Assembly (NCBI GenBank): GCA_965218585.1
Contig: CBDCLE010000019.1
Span: 133,603-197,602, forward strand
Length of the DNA: 64,000 nt
Direction of reading: 5' to 3'
Source of the DNA: Terriglobia bacterium
Lineage (GTDB): Bacteria; Acidobacteriota; Terriglobia; 20CM-2-55-15
The first letter of the stretch is position 1; each line of letters begins with the position of its first letter. This document shows positions 20,707-32,104 of this stretch, in pieces. The position numbers were made by a program, and so were the translations under genes. The notes beneath the pieces are model-generated. The model searched no databases. It had not been told where the DNA came from and saw only the letters and a program-made list of their open reading frames with translations.

Positions 20707-21900
20707 TTGAATTCAAAAACCAAGTACTCGATTTTGCTGGTTTCCTCGATCATAGTCGTCTACGCGATTATCGGTGGCATGATGGGACGCGTCAGCGCTC
20801 AGGACGGTTCCTACCCCCAACTTTCCATATTCATGGAAGTGATTAACCGAATCCAGAACGACTATGTGGATGATCCAGGCCTGACTGAGGCACTGGACGG
20901 TGCTATCCGGGGCATGGTCGAGCGGGTTGACCCTCGCGGTGGCTATCTGAGTCCAGAGACCGTCGAGTTTTACAGAGGTTACGATCCCTTAACCTCAGCT
21001 GGCATCGGGGTGAGCCTATCGAAGAAATTCGATTACCCGATCATTGTAGCGGCTGTTCCGGGTGGTCCCGCCGACCGAGCCGGCCTCGGATCGGGCGACA
21101 CGATCGAGGGGATCGGCGGAGAATCTCTGCGGGAACACAACTTGATAGAAGTTCAACAGTTGTTGTCAGGAGAGGCAGGCACGACCGTCGATCTGACCGT
21201 TATCCGCCGAAGCCGGCCCGAGCCAGGCGAACTCCGCCTGACCCGGGAAATCGTAGATCTACCTCCTGTTCAGGCCCGAATGATTGAAGGAGACATTGGT
21301 TATGTGAAAATCCCGATTCTGGCTCCGGGAAAAACAGCCGAAGCCCGGGACGAGATCGAACGACTGTCCGATGAAGGCGCCACGCAGTTCGTACTGGATC
21401 TGCGAAACTCCGCCGGTGGAAACCGAGACGAAGCCCTCCAGCTGGCCGACCTGTTCATAGCGTCGGGAAGCCTCGGCTATGTCGAAGGTCAGACGACCGA
21501 GCGCGAAACGTTCTCGGCCGAGGCCGCGCCCACCATCTGGGACTTGCCACTGGTAGTTTTGATTAACGCCGGCACTGCTGAAGCAGCCGAGATCGCGGCA
21601 GCAGCCTTGCGGGACAACGGAAGGGCGGAACTGGTTGGCGTCCGCACGTTCGGGCTGGGTTCTGTTCAAGAATTGCTGCCGCTCGAAGACGGTTCAGCCT
21701 TACTCCTCTCGGTGGCCAAGTATTACAGTCCCTCGGGCTCTGAAATACAGCAGACCGGTGTCATTCCCACAGTCGAGGTGACGGCAGCGGCCGCGCTGGA
21801 TCCGCTCGCCCTCCCCGAAGAGTCGTCGCGGACCATGGACCGACAACTCGAACGGGCTATCGAAATCCTGCTTGGCGAGGCCGGAGAACAGGCCGCCTAG
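20707..21900 (+). CDS. S41A (CtpA-like) PDZ peptidase homologue, catalytic residues substituted
   Basis: PDZ GIGV..GPADRAGL, VLDLRN..GG, PLVVLIN; TAEAAE and TFGLGSVQ where SASASE and TFGKGSVQ are canonical. Confidence 0.85.
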   Translation: MNSKTKYSILLVSSIIVVYAIIGGMMGRVSAQDGSYPQLSIFMEVINRIQNDYVDDPGLTEALDGAIRGMVERVDPRGGYLSPETVEFYRGYDPLTSAGIGVSLSKKFDYPIIVAAVPGGPADRAGLGSGDTIEGIGGESLREHNLIEVQQLLSGEAGTTVDLTVIRRSRPEPGELRLTREIVDLPPVQARMIEGDIGYVKIPILAPGKTAEARDEIERLSDEGATQFVLDLRNSAGGNRDEALQLADLFIASGSLGYVEGQTTERETFSAEAAPTIWDLPLVVLINAGTAEAAEIAAAALRDNGRAELVGVRTFGLGSVQELLPLEDGSALLLSVAKYYSPSGSEIQQTGVIPTVEVTAAAALDPLALPEESSRTMDRQLERAIEILLGEAGEQAA

Positions 21901-21931
21901 AGCAGTCTGTGGCTGCTCGCAGTTCCGAAAA

Positions 21932-23830
21932 ATGCTGGTCCGCTTCCACGACGTCTCGAAGTCGTTCGGGTCGTTCGACGTCCTTCAAAACGTATCCTTC
22001 GAAATACATCCAGGAAACAAAGTCGGCCTAATCGGCGCCAATGGTGCCGGAAAGACCACTCTGCTTGAGCTCGTTCAGAAACCCGACAGCACAGACAGCG
22101 GCACCGTCACGGCCGGCTCCGGCATTCGAATAGGACGACTGGATCAGCTTCCCGACTTCGGCGAAACCAAGGTCATGGAAGTCGCGTTGGATTCTTTCAA
22201 GGATCTCCAGAGGACCGAACGGCGTCTTCGGGAAATGGAGGAAGCCATGGCTGCGGACGGGAATCGGGAGCTGTTGGACCGGTATTCCCAACTCCAGCAG
22301 GAATTCGAATTTCACGGAGGCTACAGCTACCGGGCACGGACCGAAGGCGCTCTGTTTGGGATGGGCTTCTCCCCGAATCAGTTCGACCAGCCCGCCGGGT
22401 CGCTTTCCGGAGGTGAACGAAACCGCCTGGCCCTCGCGCGGTTGCTCCTGGACGAGGCCGATCTACTGCTGCTGGATGAGCCGACCAACCATCTGGACAT
22501 CCGATCCATCGAGTGGCTGGAACGTTATCTCAGAGAAACCGATAAGTCGCTCCTGATCGTGTCACACGACCGGTTTTTCCTGGACCGTGTCGTCAGCCGT
22601 GTCCTGGAACTAGATAGCGGGAAGATCTACAGCTACAGCGGCAATTATTCCGCGTACGTCAAACAACGCAATCAGCGCCTCGAGCTCCAGGAAAAAGAAT
22701 GGCAACGCCAGCAGGAATGGATCGAAAAGACCCAGGACTACATCAGGCGCAACCTGGCAGGCCAGAAGACAAAGCAGGCCCAGTCGCGCCGGAAGGCACT
22801 CGCCAGGATTCAACCCATCGAAAAACCGCAGTCCAGAGGAGAGAAAGTTCGTTTTCACTTCATGCCCTCTCGGGAAACCGGGCGCTATGTCCTGCACACG
22901 CGTGCGCTGGAAATCGGATACGAAAGCCGATCGATCGCGGAAAACCTCAACATGGACGTGGAAAGGGGTCAGCGTTGGGCTCTGGTCGGACCAAACGGTT
23001 CAGGCAAGACAACCTTGTTACGTTCCCTGATCGGCCGTCTCGCGCCTCTCGCCGGTGAATTGGATTGGGATGACCACCTGGAAGTGGGCTACTACGATCA
23101 ACAGCTCGAAGACCTCAACCCGACGGCAGGTGTCCTGGATGAAATTCGCTCCCTCGATTCGCGGCCAACCGATGGAGAACTGCGTTCCTTTCTGGCTCAA
23201 TTCCTCTTTCGCGGCGAAGACGTCTTTAAGACCGTGTCACAGCTCAGTGGTGGTGAGCGATCCAAATTGAGTCTGGCCAAGATCATCTACGCATCACCAC
23301 CGCTGCTGGCCCTGGACGAACCGACAAACCATCTGGACATCGCTTCCTGCGAAGCGCTGGAACCCGCCTTGGCCGCCTACCCGGGAACGATGTTGTTCAT
23401 TACGCACGACCGACGACTGATCGAACGTATCGCAACCAATATCCTTTATCTTCCAGGCGACCGAACTGAAGGAAACCAGGTTCACCTGTTCGACCGGTTT
23501 GATGCGTTCGAAGAATGGCTCGAAGAAGACATAGCCGCGGCCTCTGCGAAGTCAGCTTCTTCCGAACGTCTGCCCAGGAATCAGACCGCCCCGAAACCGT
23601 CAAAACCACATCTGAGCAAAAACCGTCGCGAACAATTGGAAACTGAGATGCGCCGTCTGGAAACCCGGATCGAGGAGAGCGAGAACGAAATACACGAGAT
23701 GGAATTACTGTTCCAGAAATCCCCGAACGAAATCGAGTGGGACAGTGCAAACCGGCGATACAGCGAACTCAAAGAGGAGGTCGAGCAGCTTTACAAGAAC
23801 CTGGCAGACAAGGCCGCGCTACTGGAGTGA
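21932..23830 (+). CDS. ABC-F family ATPase (Uup/YheS-like)
   Basis: Two NBDs (GANGAGKT, GPNGSGKT, LSGGE, LDEPTNHLD x2), no TM segments, C-terminal coiled coil. Confidence 0.92.
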   Translation: MLVRFHDVSKSFGSFDVLQNVSFEIHPGNKVGLIGANGAGKTTLLELVQKPDSTDSGTVTAGSGIRIGRLDQLPDFGETKVMEVALDSFKDLQRTERRLREMEEAMAADGNRELLDRYSQLQQEFEFHGGYSYRARTEGALFGMGFSPNQFDQPAGSLSGGERNRLALARLLLDEADLLLLDEPTNHLDIRSIEWLERYLRETDKSLLIVSHDRFFLDRVVSRVLELDSGKIYSYSGNYSAYVKQRNQRLELQEKEWQRQQEWIEKTQDYIRRNLAGQKTKQAQSRRKALARIQPIEKPQSRGEKVRFHFMPSRETGRYVLHTRALEIGYESRSIAENLNMDVERGQRWALVGPNGSGKTTLLRSLIGRLAPLAGELDWDDHLEVGYYDQQLEDLNPTAGVLDEIRSLDSRPTDGELRSFLAQFLFRGEDVFKTVSQLSGGERSKLSLAKIIYASPPLLALDEPTNHLDIASCEALEPALAAYPGTMLFITHDRRLIERIATNILYLPGDRTEGNQVHLFDRFDAFEEWLEEDIAAASAKSASSERLPRNQTAPKPSKPHLSKNRREQLETEMRRLETRIEESENEIHEMELLFQKSPNEIEWDSANRRYSELKEEVEQLYKNLADKAALLE

Positions 23831-23878
23831 AAAGCTAGCCGACGAGATGCCTCTCACAGTCCACCAGCCACAAGCTCT

Positions 23879-25264
23879 GAGTTATAACCGAATCTGGTGT
23901 TTGAGGGATTGAGGAAGAGCGGCGTATCTGGTTGATTTGTTGTTTACCAGACTTCAAAGCAACCAAGGGAGATACGCCACTATGAGCAAGAGTAACGTGA
24001 CTGGACCGGAGGGTCGAGAGACGATTGAGGATCCGATAACAGAGCTACTACGAGTTGGAGCTCAGCAACTGATCCAACGCGCGGTGGAAACCGAATTGGC
24101 GGAACTGCTATCCCACCACGGCGATCGGAGAACCGAGACGGGCAACGCCGGGGTGGTGCGCAACGGTTATCTGCCTGAACGTGAACTGCAGACCGGTTTG
24201 GGGCCGGTAACGGTCCAGATCCCGAAAGTCCGAGCGAAGACTGGCGACCCGGTAACGTTCCGGTCGGCCCTGGTACCTCCCTACATTCGGAAAACGAAAT
24301 CGCTGGAAGCAGCGGTGCCGTGGTTGTATTTGAAAGGCATCTCCAGCGGCGAGATGGGTGACGCTCTAAAAGTTCTTGTCGGACCCCAGGCGCAGGGCCT
24401 GTCGGCGAGCACGGTATCGCGGTTGAAACAGGTCTGGGCCGAGCAGTACCGCCGGGGATGCGAGGAGCGATTGGATGCCGATCGCTGGGTCTATGTCTGG
24501 GCCGACGGTATCTACAGCGGACTGCGGGCCGAAGAAACCAAGTTGTGCGCACTGGTGGTGATCGGCGCGAATCAACGCGGAGAGAAACGTTTTCTGGCAA
24601 TCGAAGACGGTGTCCGGGAATCGACACAAAGTTGGCGCGAGGTCTTGTTAAAGCTGAAGTCGCGTGGGATGAATATCCCGAAGTTGGCCATCGGAGACGG
24701 TGCGATGGGATTCTGGGCCGCACTGGAGGAAATCTATCCCGAGACACGTCACCAACGTTGCTGGATGCACAAGACCATGAACGTACTGAACGGGCTCCCG
24801 AAGTCGGCCCAGGCGAAGGCGAAACAGGCTTTGCACGCGATCTGGCGGGCTCAGACACAGGCAGACGCCGAGAAGGCATTCGATCTGTTCATTGAAACCT
24901 ATGAGCCGAAGTATCCGAAAGCCACTCGCTGCCTCCAGAAAGACAAAGAAGAACTGCTGGCCTTCTTCAACTTCCCGGCCAAGCATTGGCAGAGCATCCG
25001 AACGACCAATCCCATTGAGTCGACCTTTGCTACCATTCGCCACCGAACCAAGCGATCCAGGGGTTGCCTGACGCGGGTTGGCATGCTGCACATGATGTTC
25101 AAACTGGGACAGTGCGCTCAGAAGAACTGGCGACGATTACGAGGATTCGATGATCTGCCCAAGGTGATTACTGGAGTGAAATTCAACGATGGAATCGAAG
25201 TGACCCACGTCGATCAGGCCGCCGCTTGAGTCAATCGGCAAAACACCACTTTTGACAATAACTC
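23879..25264 (+). mobile_element. Complete IS256-family element with 9-bp target duplication
   Basis: IRs GAGTTATAACCGAATCTGGTGTTT and (rc) GAGTTATTGTCAAAAGTGGTGTTT; ACAAGCTCT at 23870-23878 and 25265-25273. Confidence 0.92.
23982..25229 (+). CDS. IS256-family transposase
   Basis: RNGY, WADGIY, IGDGAMGF, QRCWMH, RTTNPIES. Confidence 0.93.
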   Translation: MSKSNVTGPEGRETIEDPITELLRVGAQQLIQRAVETELAELLSHHGDRRTETGNAGVVRNGYLPERELQTGLGPVTVQIPKVRAKTGDPVTFRSALVPPYIRKTKSLEAAVPWLYLKGISSGEMGDALKVLVGPQAQGLSASTVSRLKQVWAEQYRRGCEERLDADRWVYVWADGIYSGLRAEETKLCALVVIGANQRGEKRFLAIEDGVRESTQSWREVLLKLKSRGMNIPKLAIGDGAMGFWAALEEIYPETRHQRCWMHKTMNVLNGLPKSAQAKAKQALHAIWRAQTQADAEKAFDLFIETYEPKYPKATRCLQKDKEELLAFFNFPAKHWQSIRTTNPIESTFATIRHRTKRSRGCLTRVGMLHMMFKLGQCAQKNWRRLRGFDDLPKVITGVKFNDGIEVTHVDQAAA

Positions 25265-25360
25265 ACAAGCTCTTGAATCATGAGGTTGTCCCTTTGATCG
25301 ATTCCATGACTATGGGCTAGAATGTAGGATTCTAAACCCTCTCAGATCACTGTCTGAGGA

Positions 25361-28158
25361 GTGTCCGACTCCAGAATGTCAATTGAGTCCATTCGTATCC
25401 GCGGTGCCCGGCAACATAACCTGAAGAACATCAACGTTGAGATTCCACGCAACTCTTTGACTGTTGTTACGGGTCTGAGCGGCTCAGGCAAATCCAGTCT
25501 GGCTTTCGACACCGTCTACGCCGAAGGTCAGCGACGTTATGTGGAGTCGCTGTCTGCATACGCACGCCAGTTCCTGGACCGTCTGGAGCCCCCGGACGTG
25601 GACTCGATCGAAGGCCTCTCACCGGCGATTTCCATTGAACAGAAGAGCTCGGCCCGCAGTCCCCGTTCTACAGTCGGGACCGTAACCGAAATCTATGACT
25701 ACCTCCGGCTCCTTTTCGCTTCGATCGGCACGCCGCATTGTCCGGAGTGCGGGAAGCCGATTTCCAGACAGAGCCCCGATCAGATCGTTCGCAGCCTTAA
25801 GGACCTGCCGGAGGGTGAACGAGTAATGGTTCTCGCGCCGATCGTTCGGGGCCGAAAGGGAGAGTTCAAGGTTCAGTTGGCATCCATGGCAAACGCCGGT
25901 TACGTCCGTGCCCGAATCGACGGCACCTTGTATAACCTGGATGAACCTATCGAACTCAACCGCCGCAAGAACCACACGATTGAAGTCGTCGTAGATCGCT
26001 TGATGGTCAAACCGGGCATCGAAAAGAGGCTTCAGGCTTCAATCGAACGGGCCGTCAAGCTCGCAGGGGGCATCGTCCAGATCGCGGTCGTAGAAGGGGA
26101 CGAACAGCTCTATTCGGAGAAGATGGCGTGCGTGGACTGCGGGGTCAACATGCCCACGATTGAGCCTCGGACGTTCTCCTTTAACAGCGTTTACGGCGCG
26201 TGTTCAAAGTGCAACGGACTCGGCGTGCGTTTTGACTTCGATCCCGGGCGTATCCTGCCCGATTCTTCTCAGTCGATTCTGAACGGTGGACTCAGCCTGA
26301 ACGGGTGGTTTGAGGACGAAATCGAAGGCAGTCTGAAGAAGATCGCGAAGCATTTCCGCACAGATCTCGACGTTCCTTTCGACGACCTTCCTGCCAAAAT
26401 ACGCCAAGCGGTTTTCCATGGTGTTCACGGCCGCGGCAAGAAACTCGAAGGAATAATCGACATCCTGAACCGCCTCTTTGACGATTCCGACGATGAGGAA
26501 CTCAGCGAGTACATGGCGACAAACGTCTGCAACGAGTGCGGCGGGACTCGCCTCAAGCCCGAAAGTCTGGCGGTGACGGTTACAGGTGAAACGATCGCAG
26601 CGGTGACGGCCTTGCCTGTGGCCGACGCCCTACGCTTTTTCGAGAGCCTCGAGCTGGGTCCCCGTGAAACGCAGATTGCCGGTCGCATCATTCGGGAAAT
26701 ACTTGAGCGATTGGAGTTCTTGAGCGCCGTGGGACTGGACTACCTCAGCCTGGAACGATCCGCCAACACACTTTCCGGAGGAGAGAGCCAGCGGATACGG
26801 CTCGCTACGCAGATCGGATCCCGACTCCGGGGCGTGCTCTATGTGCTGGATGAGCCCTCGATCGGCCTCCACCACCGTGACAACGAGCGACTCCTGGAAA
26901 CGCTGGAGCGGTTGCGGGATCTGGGTAATACCGTAGTGGTTGTAGAACATGATGAAGACACCATACGCCGCGCGGATTACGTGGTCGATTTGGGTCCCGG
27001 GGCGGGAACGCATGGCGGTGAGGTCGTAGCGTTAGGCACGCCGGAAGCGATTGCCGACTCTTCTGAAAGCCGGACCGGACAGTACCTGTCACACCGCAAG
27101 AGGATCCCTGTTCCCAACACACGACGCAAGGCTTCGCGGAAGACCTTAAGGGTTCGTGGCGGATCCGAGCACAACCTCCAAAACATCAACGTGGCGTTTC
27201 CGATCGGTTTGATGACTGTTGTCACGGGCGTGTCGGGATCGGGCAAATCGACGCTGGTGAACGACATCGTATACAAGGCACTCGCCCGCAAGCTCTATCG
27301 GGCTCTGGACGAACCCGGTGTTCACCGTGAGATTCGGGAATTGATCATATCGACAAGGTGATCGAGATCGATCAATCTCCGATCGGGCGGACACCACGAT
27401 CCAATCCTGCAACTTACACGGGTTTGTTCACACCTATCCGCGATCTCTATGCCATGATGCCCGAATCGCGGGCGCGCGGGTATAAGGCTGGACGCTTCAG
27501 TTTCAACGTCAAGGGAGGACGGTGCGAAGCATGCCGGGGAGACGGTCTGCGTAAGATCGAAATGAGTTTTTTGCCTGATGTATATGTTCCGTGCGACGTC
27601 TGTCGGGGAAAACGCTACAACTCGGAAACCCTGGCCATCCGTTACCGCGGAATGTCGATCTCCGATCTCCTAAACGCCACCGTTGAGCAAGCGTTGGGCG
27701 TTCTGGAAAACATCCCGCAGGTAAGAACAAAACTTCAGACGCTCGTCGACGTCGGTCTCGATTACATCCACCTGGGTCAACCGGCAACCACTCTTTCTGG
27801 AGGCGAAGCTCAACGCATCAAGCTGGCCAAGGAACTCAGCAAACGCGCGACGGGAAAGACACTCTATATCCTCGACGAACCCACCACAGGACTTCATTTC
27901 GACGACGTACGCAAGCTTCTCGACGTGCTGAAGCGGTTGACAGACCTCGGGAACACGGTGATCATAATCGAGCATCACCTCGATGTGATTAAGACTGCAG
28001 ATTGGATCATCGACCTGGGACCGGAAGGCGGAGAACGAGGAGGTCGTGTCGTGGCAGAAGGGACTCCGGAGCAGGTGGCCAAATCCAAAGGATCCTATAC
28101 GGGCGACGCTCTGTCCCAGATTCTCTCGAATTCACGCACTCCTAGGAAGAACCGATGA
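25361..28158 (+). CDS. uvrA: Excinuclease ABC subunit A, split by a 1-nt frameshift near 27335
   Basis: [23 protein letters not shown], zinc fingers, [14 protein letters not shown]; the second ORF continues [17 protein letters not shown]. Confidence 0.95.
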
Positions 28159-28748
28159 AAGACGCCTCCCAGGCTCTCGATCGGTTCGTCACCGACAGTC
28201 ACGATGTCCAGTCGAAATTTTTTGAAGAAAACCGAACGGAAATCGTAAAAGTTGCAGATCTTATCGCGGAGAGATTACGCGATGGCGGAAAAATTCTTTT
28301 TTTCGGCAACGGAGGGAGTGCCGCCGATGCTCAACACATGGCAGCCGAATTCGTCGGTCGATTCATACCCGACCGGCCGGCCCTTCCCGCACTGTCCCTG
28401 GCCACAGATACATCGGTACTGACTGCGCTCGGTAACGACTACGGTTACGACCGTGTCTTCGCACGCCAGATCGAAGCGCTCGGAAACGACGGCGACACAG
28501 CTGTCGCAATCTCCACGAGCGGGAACTCGCCAAACGTGATGGAGGGTATTGATGCCGCACGGGCTCGGGGACTCTACACGCTCGGCTTCACCGGTGAGTC
28601 CGGAGGGAAGATGTCTGGCCGTGTCGACGCTCTGTTTCGCGTCCCGTCAAGGATCACGCCACGGATCCAGGAAGCACATATTCTTCTGGGCCACGTACTG
28701 TGTGAACTCGTAGACCGGAGCCTCTTTCCCGAGGCCTACGATGACTGA
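28155..28748 (+). CDS. gmhA: D-sedoheptulose 7-phosphate isomerase
   Basis: [28 protein letters not shown]. Confidence 0.95.
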   Translation: MKDASQALDRFVTDSHDVQSKFFEENRTEIVKVADLIAERLRDGGKILFFGNGGSAADAQHMAAEFVGRFIPDRPALPALSLATDTSVLTALGNDYGYDRVFARQIEALGNDGDTAVAISTSGNSPNVMEGIDAARARGLYTLGFTGESGGKMSGRVDALFRVPSRITPRIQEAHILLGHVLCELVDRSLFPEAYDD

Positions 28749-29716
28749 GTCCCGGTATCCGATCCGGCCCCCTGGAATTCGATGAAATCTCGACGTACCC
28801 TCTGGGCGACCGCAAGAGCAAGGTCAATACCGAACTCTTTGGAACCCCCTCCACAGAAACCGACACGGTCGGGGAATTCATCGGGAAGCTGCCTAAGATT
28901 CTCGCCGGCAACGAGCTCCAGCTTCTTGTCCAGGCGATATCCAAGGCACGCGCGAGGGGAAAAAGCATGATCTGGGGAATGGGTGGTCACGTCGTCAAAT
29001 GCGGACTTGGCCCAATTTTCATCGATATGATGCACGATGGATTGGTGACTGGAATCGCCATGAACGGAGCAGCTGTAATTCACGACTTTGAAGTCGCTCT
29101 CCATGGATCGACTTCTGAAGAAGTCGAAAACGAAATCGGGAGCGGCCGATTTGGAATGGCAAGGGAAACCGGCGAGTATCTCAACCGCGCGATCAATGAT
29201 GGCGCCGCGGACGACACTGGAATCGGCGAAAGCGTCGGACGTTATCTTTCTACGAAGGATCACGGCATCACGTTTCAGCATCGCGACGCGAGCATACTGT
29301 CGGCGGCCTACTCCGAGCGGATCCCGGTCACTGTTCACCTGGCTATCGGAACCGACATCACACACGTCCATCCTTCCGCCTCAGGCGCGAGCATGGGAAA
29401 AGCGACCATGCACGATTTCAAGCTTCTTTGCGCGCTGGTCGAAAAGCTCGAGGGTGGCGTCTACGTCAACCTCGGTTCTGCAGTAATTCTTCCTGAGGTG
29501 TTCCTGAAAGCGGTCTCCGTTGTTCGGAATCTGGGAACGTCTTTGAGTAACTTCACAACGGCAAATCTGGATTTCATCCAGCATTACCGGCCAACGCAGA
29601 ACGTGCTGAAACGACCGACGCAAAACGGCGGACAATCCATCGTGTTGACAGGACATCATGAGATCATGCTGCCGTTGATTGCCGCAGCTTTGAAACAGTC
29701 GACCCAGAAACCATGA
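28741..29716 (+). CDS. Deoxyhypusine-synthase-like-fold conserved protein; frameshift in the C5 run at 28768-28772
   Basis: Removing one C gives [28 protein letters not shown] in frame with GMGGHVVKCG, NGAAVIHDFE, HLAIGTDI, GSAVILPEVFLKA, GHHEIM. Confidence 0.65.
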
Positions 29717-30453
29717 ACGACGATCCTCCGACACAACGAACGATACGCTTCGACGACGAAGAGCGCGTCGGAGGGTGGCGCGGCCGGGACATGGTCTACT
29801 TTGGATGTGCCTTCGTCGCGTTAAACATGTTCGCGCCCGGCCTCGTCGATCTCATCCCGTTCGAAGGCGAAAGTGCAGCCGCATTTCGTGCTCTGGTGGG
29901 AACGATAATCGTCGAACTGACTCTGATCGGCCTGATCTATGCGCTCACGCGCTACGCTCACGGTCTGTCGTTTCTGGAAGAAATGCGCTGGTCGCGTGAT
30001 TACAAGGTCCATAACGGCACACTCCTGACCCTTGGCATGGGCCTCGCGTTTTCAGTGATGATTGTCTCGTCGGTCTTTCCACCGAGCAGTCCACCGATCG
30101 AACAACTGCTCAGCACACCCGAAGCAATCGCCATATTCGCGGTATTCGGTATCGCCATCGCACCCTTCCTTGAAGAGGTGCTATTCAGAGGCTTCCTGTT
30201 CCGAGTACTCGAGCAGACTGCAGGAGTATCGTCTGCTGTTCGCGTGACAGCCCTTCTGTTCGCGCTGCTTCATGTGCCACAGCTATGGGGAAGCTGGGCC
30301 GGCATGCTGCTGATTTTTGCAGTCGGATTCATCCTCTCGACCTTGCGTGCACGCACGGGTTCATTGATTCCAACCGTCATCGTTCACACAGCTTATAACG
30401 GCATGTTGTTCTTTGCCTTCGCCGTCGGGTCGCTCTTTCAGGGATCGGTCTGA
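29713..30453 (+). CDS. CPBP (CAAX-like) intramembrane glutamic endopeptidase
   Basis: EEVLFRG, FALLH, HTAYN. Confidence 0.88.
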   Translation: MNDDPPTQRTIRFDDEERVGGWRGRDMVYFGCAFVALNMFAPGLVDLIPFEGESAAAFRALVGTIIVELTLIGLIYALTRYAHGLSFLEEMRWSRDYKVHNGTLLTLGMGLAFSVMIVSSVFPPSSPPIEQLLSTPEAIAIFAVFGIAIAPFLEEVLFRGFLFRVLEQTAGVSSAVRVTALLFALLHVPQLWGSWAGMLLIFAVGFILSTLRARTGSLIPTVIVHTAYNGMLFFAFAVGSLFQGSV

Positions 30454-31585
30454 TGGAATCGCAATCCAATGACGCCTCCAAACTGGCCGAGCTGCGAGCT
30501 CAACTGGCCGAACTCGATGCCGAAATCCTGACCCTTGTCTCGCGTCGGCAGGCTATGGTTACCGAAATCGGTCGCTCGAAAGTATCCCTCGGTAAGCCGA
30601 CACGTGATTACGCTCAAGAAAAGGACGTCATCCAAAGGGCCAGATCGAATGCCGAAGGCCTGGGGCTGGCTCCCAACGTAGCCGAGGAGTTGATGCTTCT
30701 GTTGATCCGGGCGTCGCTGGCGGCTCAGGAAAAGGACCGGGTTCATGAGTGGGGCCGGGGCAGCGGACGAAAAGTCCTGGTCATCGGTGGCGGCGGCAAG
30801 ATGGGAAACTGGCTCGCGCGTTTTCTCGCCTCACAGAACTTCGCGGTCGAGATTGCGGATCCCACCGAAGCAGCAGGTGATTTCGTTCAAATTCGCGATT
30901 GGAAAGAGTCGTCCCTGGACCAGGACATCATCATCGTGGCCACCCCGCTGCGCACTTCCAATCAGATCCTGGAGGAACTGGCCCAACGTAAGCCGAGGGC
31001 GTCGTGTTCGATGTGGGCTCCCTCAAGACGCCGGTCCGGCCCGGGCTCAAAGCTCTAAGCGAAGCGGGCGTCCGAGTGACCTCAATCCATCCAATGTTCG
31101 GACCCGACACCGACATGCTGTCGGGACGCCACGTGATCTTTGTCGATGTCGGGCATCCGGAGGCGACCGAGCGGGCTCAGGAGTTGTTCGCTTCGACGAT
31201 GGTTGTACAGGTCGAAATGGATCTGGAATCCCACGATCGGCTCATCGCATACATTCTCGGGCTGTCGCACGCCCTGAACATCGCGTTCTTTACAGCCCTG
31301 GCTGAAAGTGGAGAGGCGGCGCCGCGCCTGGCGAAGCTATCGAGCACGACCTTCAACGCCCAACTGGAGGTGGCGCGCCTCGTTGCGGGAGATAACCCAC
31401 ACCTGTATTACGAGATACAGTCGCTCAACGATTACGGAAGCGAAGCTCTTTCGGCGTTGCTCTATGCCGTTGAGCGGATCCGCTCGATCGTCCGCGAAGG
31501 GGACGCCGAGGCATTCGTCTCAATAATGCAGCGCGGAAAAGATTACCTGGGCGGCATCGGGCATCCGCCTGAGCCTAAAGACTAG
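30453..31585 (+). CDS. tyrA: Chorismate mutase/prephenate dehydrogenase, frameshift near 30996
   Basis: AroQ-type N-terminus, IGGGGKMG, then [27 protein letters not shown]. Confidence 0.88.
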
Positions 31586-31610
31586 CGGACTGTCGCTGGC
31601 TAGGCGTATC

Positions 31611-32003
31611 TTACCGCTGCGCCCCCGCCATATAGACGTCGTGACACCCTGAGCACGGAGCCAGGATGTCCTCGCTCAGGTCGAAGAAAACCTCCGGGTC
31701 CCGTCCTCGCGCAGCCTCAAGCGATTTTTCTCCAGCCTCAATCAAAGCTCTGGACGTATCTTCCCAGACCTCGCGCCCGTCGGCTCGCAAGAGAAGCAGG
31801 TTTCCCGATTCGGCTAGTAGTATGGCGTTGTTCTCGACTGCGGCCCAGGCCGCATCGTCTTCGGGAACATCGAAAGGAACGTTAAACAAAACATCGGACG
31901 CGGGGATGACCATGGCGTCCATGAGTTGCTGTGCAGTGGCAACGAGTTTGAAGTCGTCACCCTGCGCGATGAACATGCTCGCGAGAAGAATCCAGGTCAG
32001 CAT
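31611..32003 (-). CDS. Small exported c-type cytochrome (class II/c'-like)
   Basis: Signal peptide, helical body, single C-terminal CSGCH. Confidence 0.7.
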   Translation of the reverse strand: MLTWILLASMFIAQGDDFKLVATAQQLMDAMVIPASDVLFNVPFDVPEDDAAWAAVENNAILLAESGNLLLLRADGREVWEDTSRALIEAGEKSLEAARGRDPEVFFDLSEDILAPCSGCHDVYMAGAQR

Positions 32004-32104
32004 TACAATTCCTTAATACGAAGGACAGTTAGTATAAAAAGATTCCGTCACTATCCATTCTGCCAGACACGCTGACATACAGAGAAGCAAATATGTGCGA
32101 GGGT

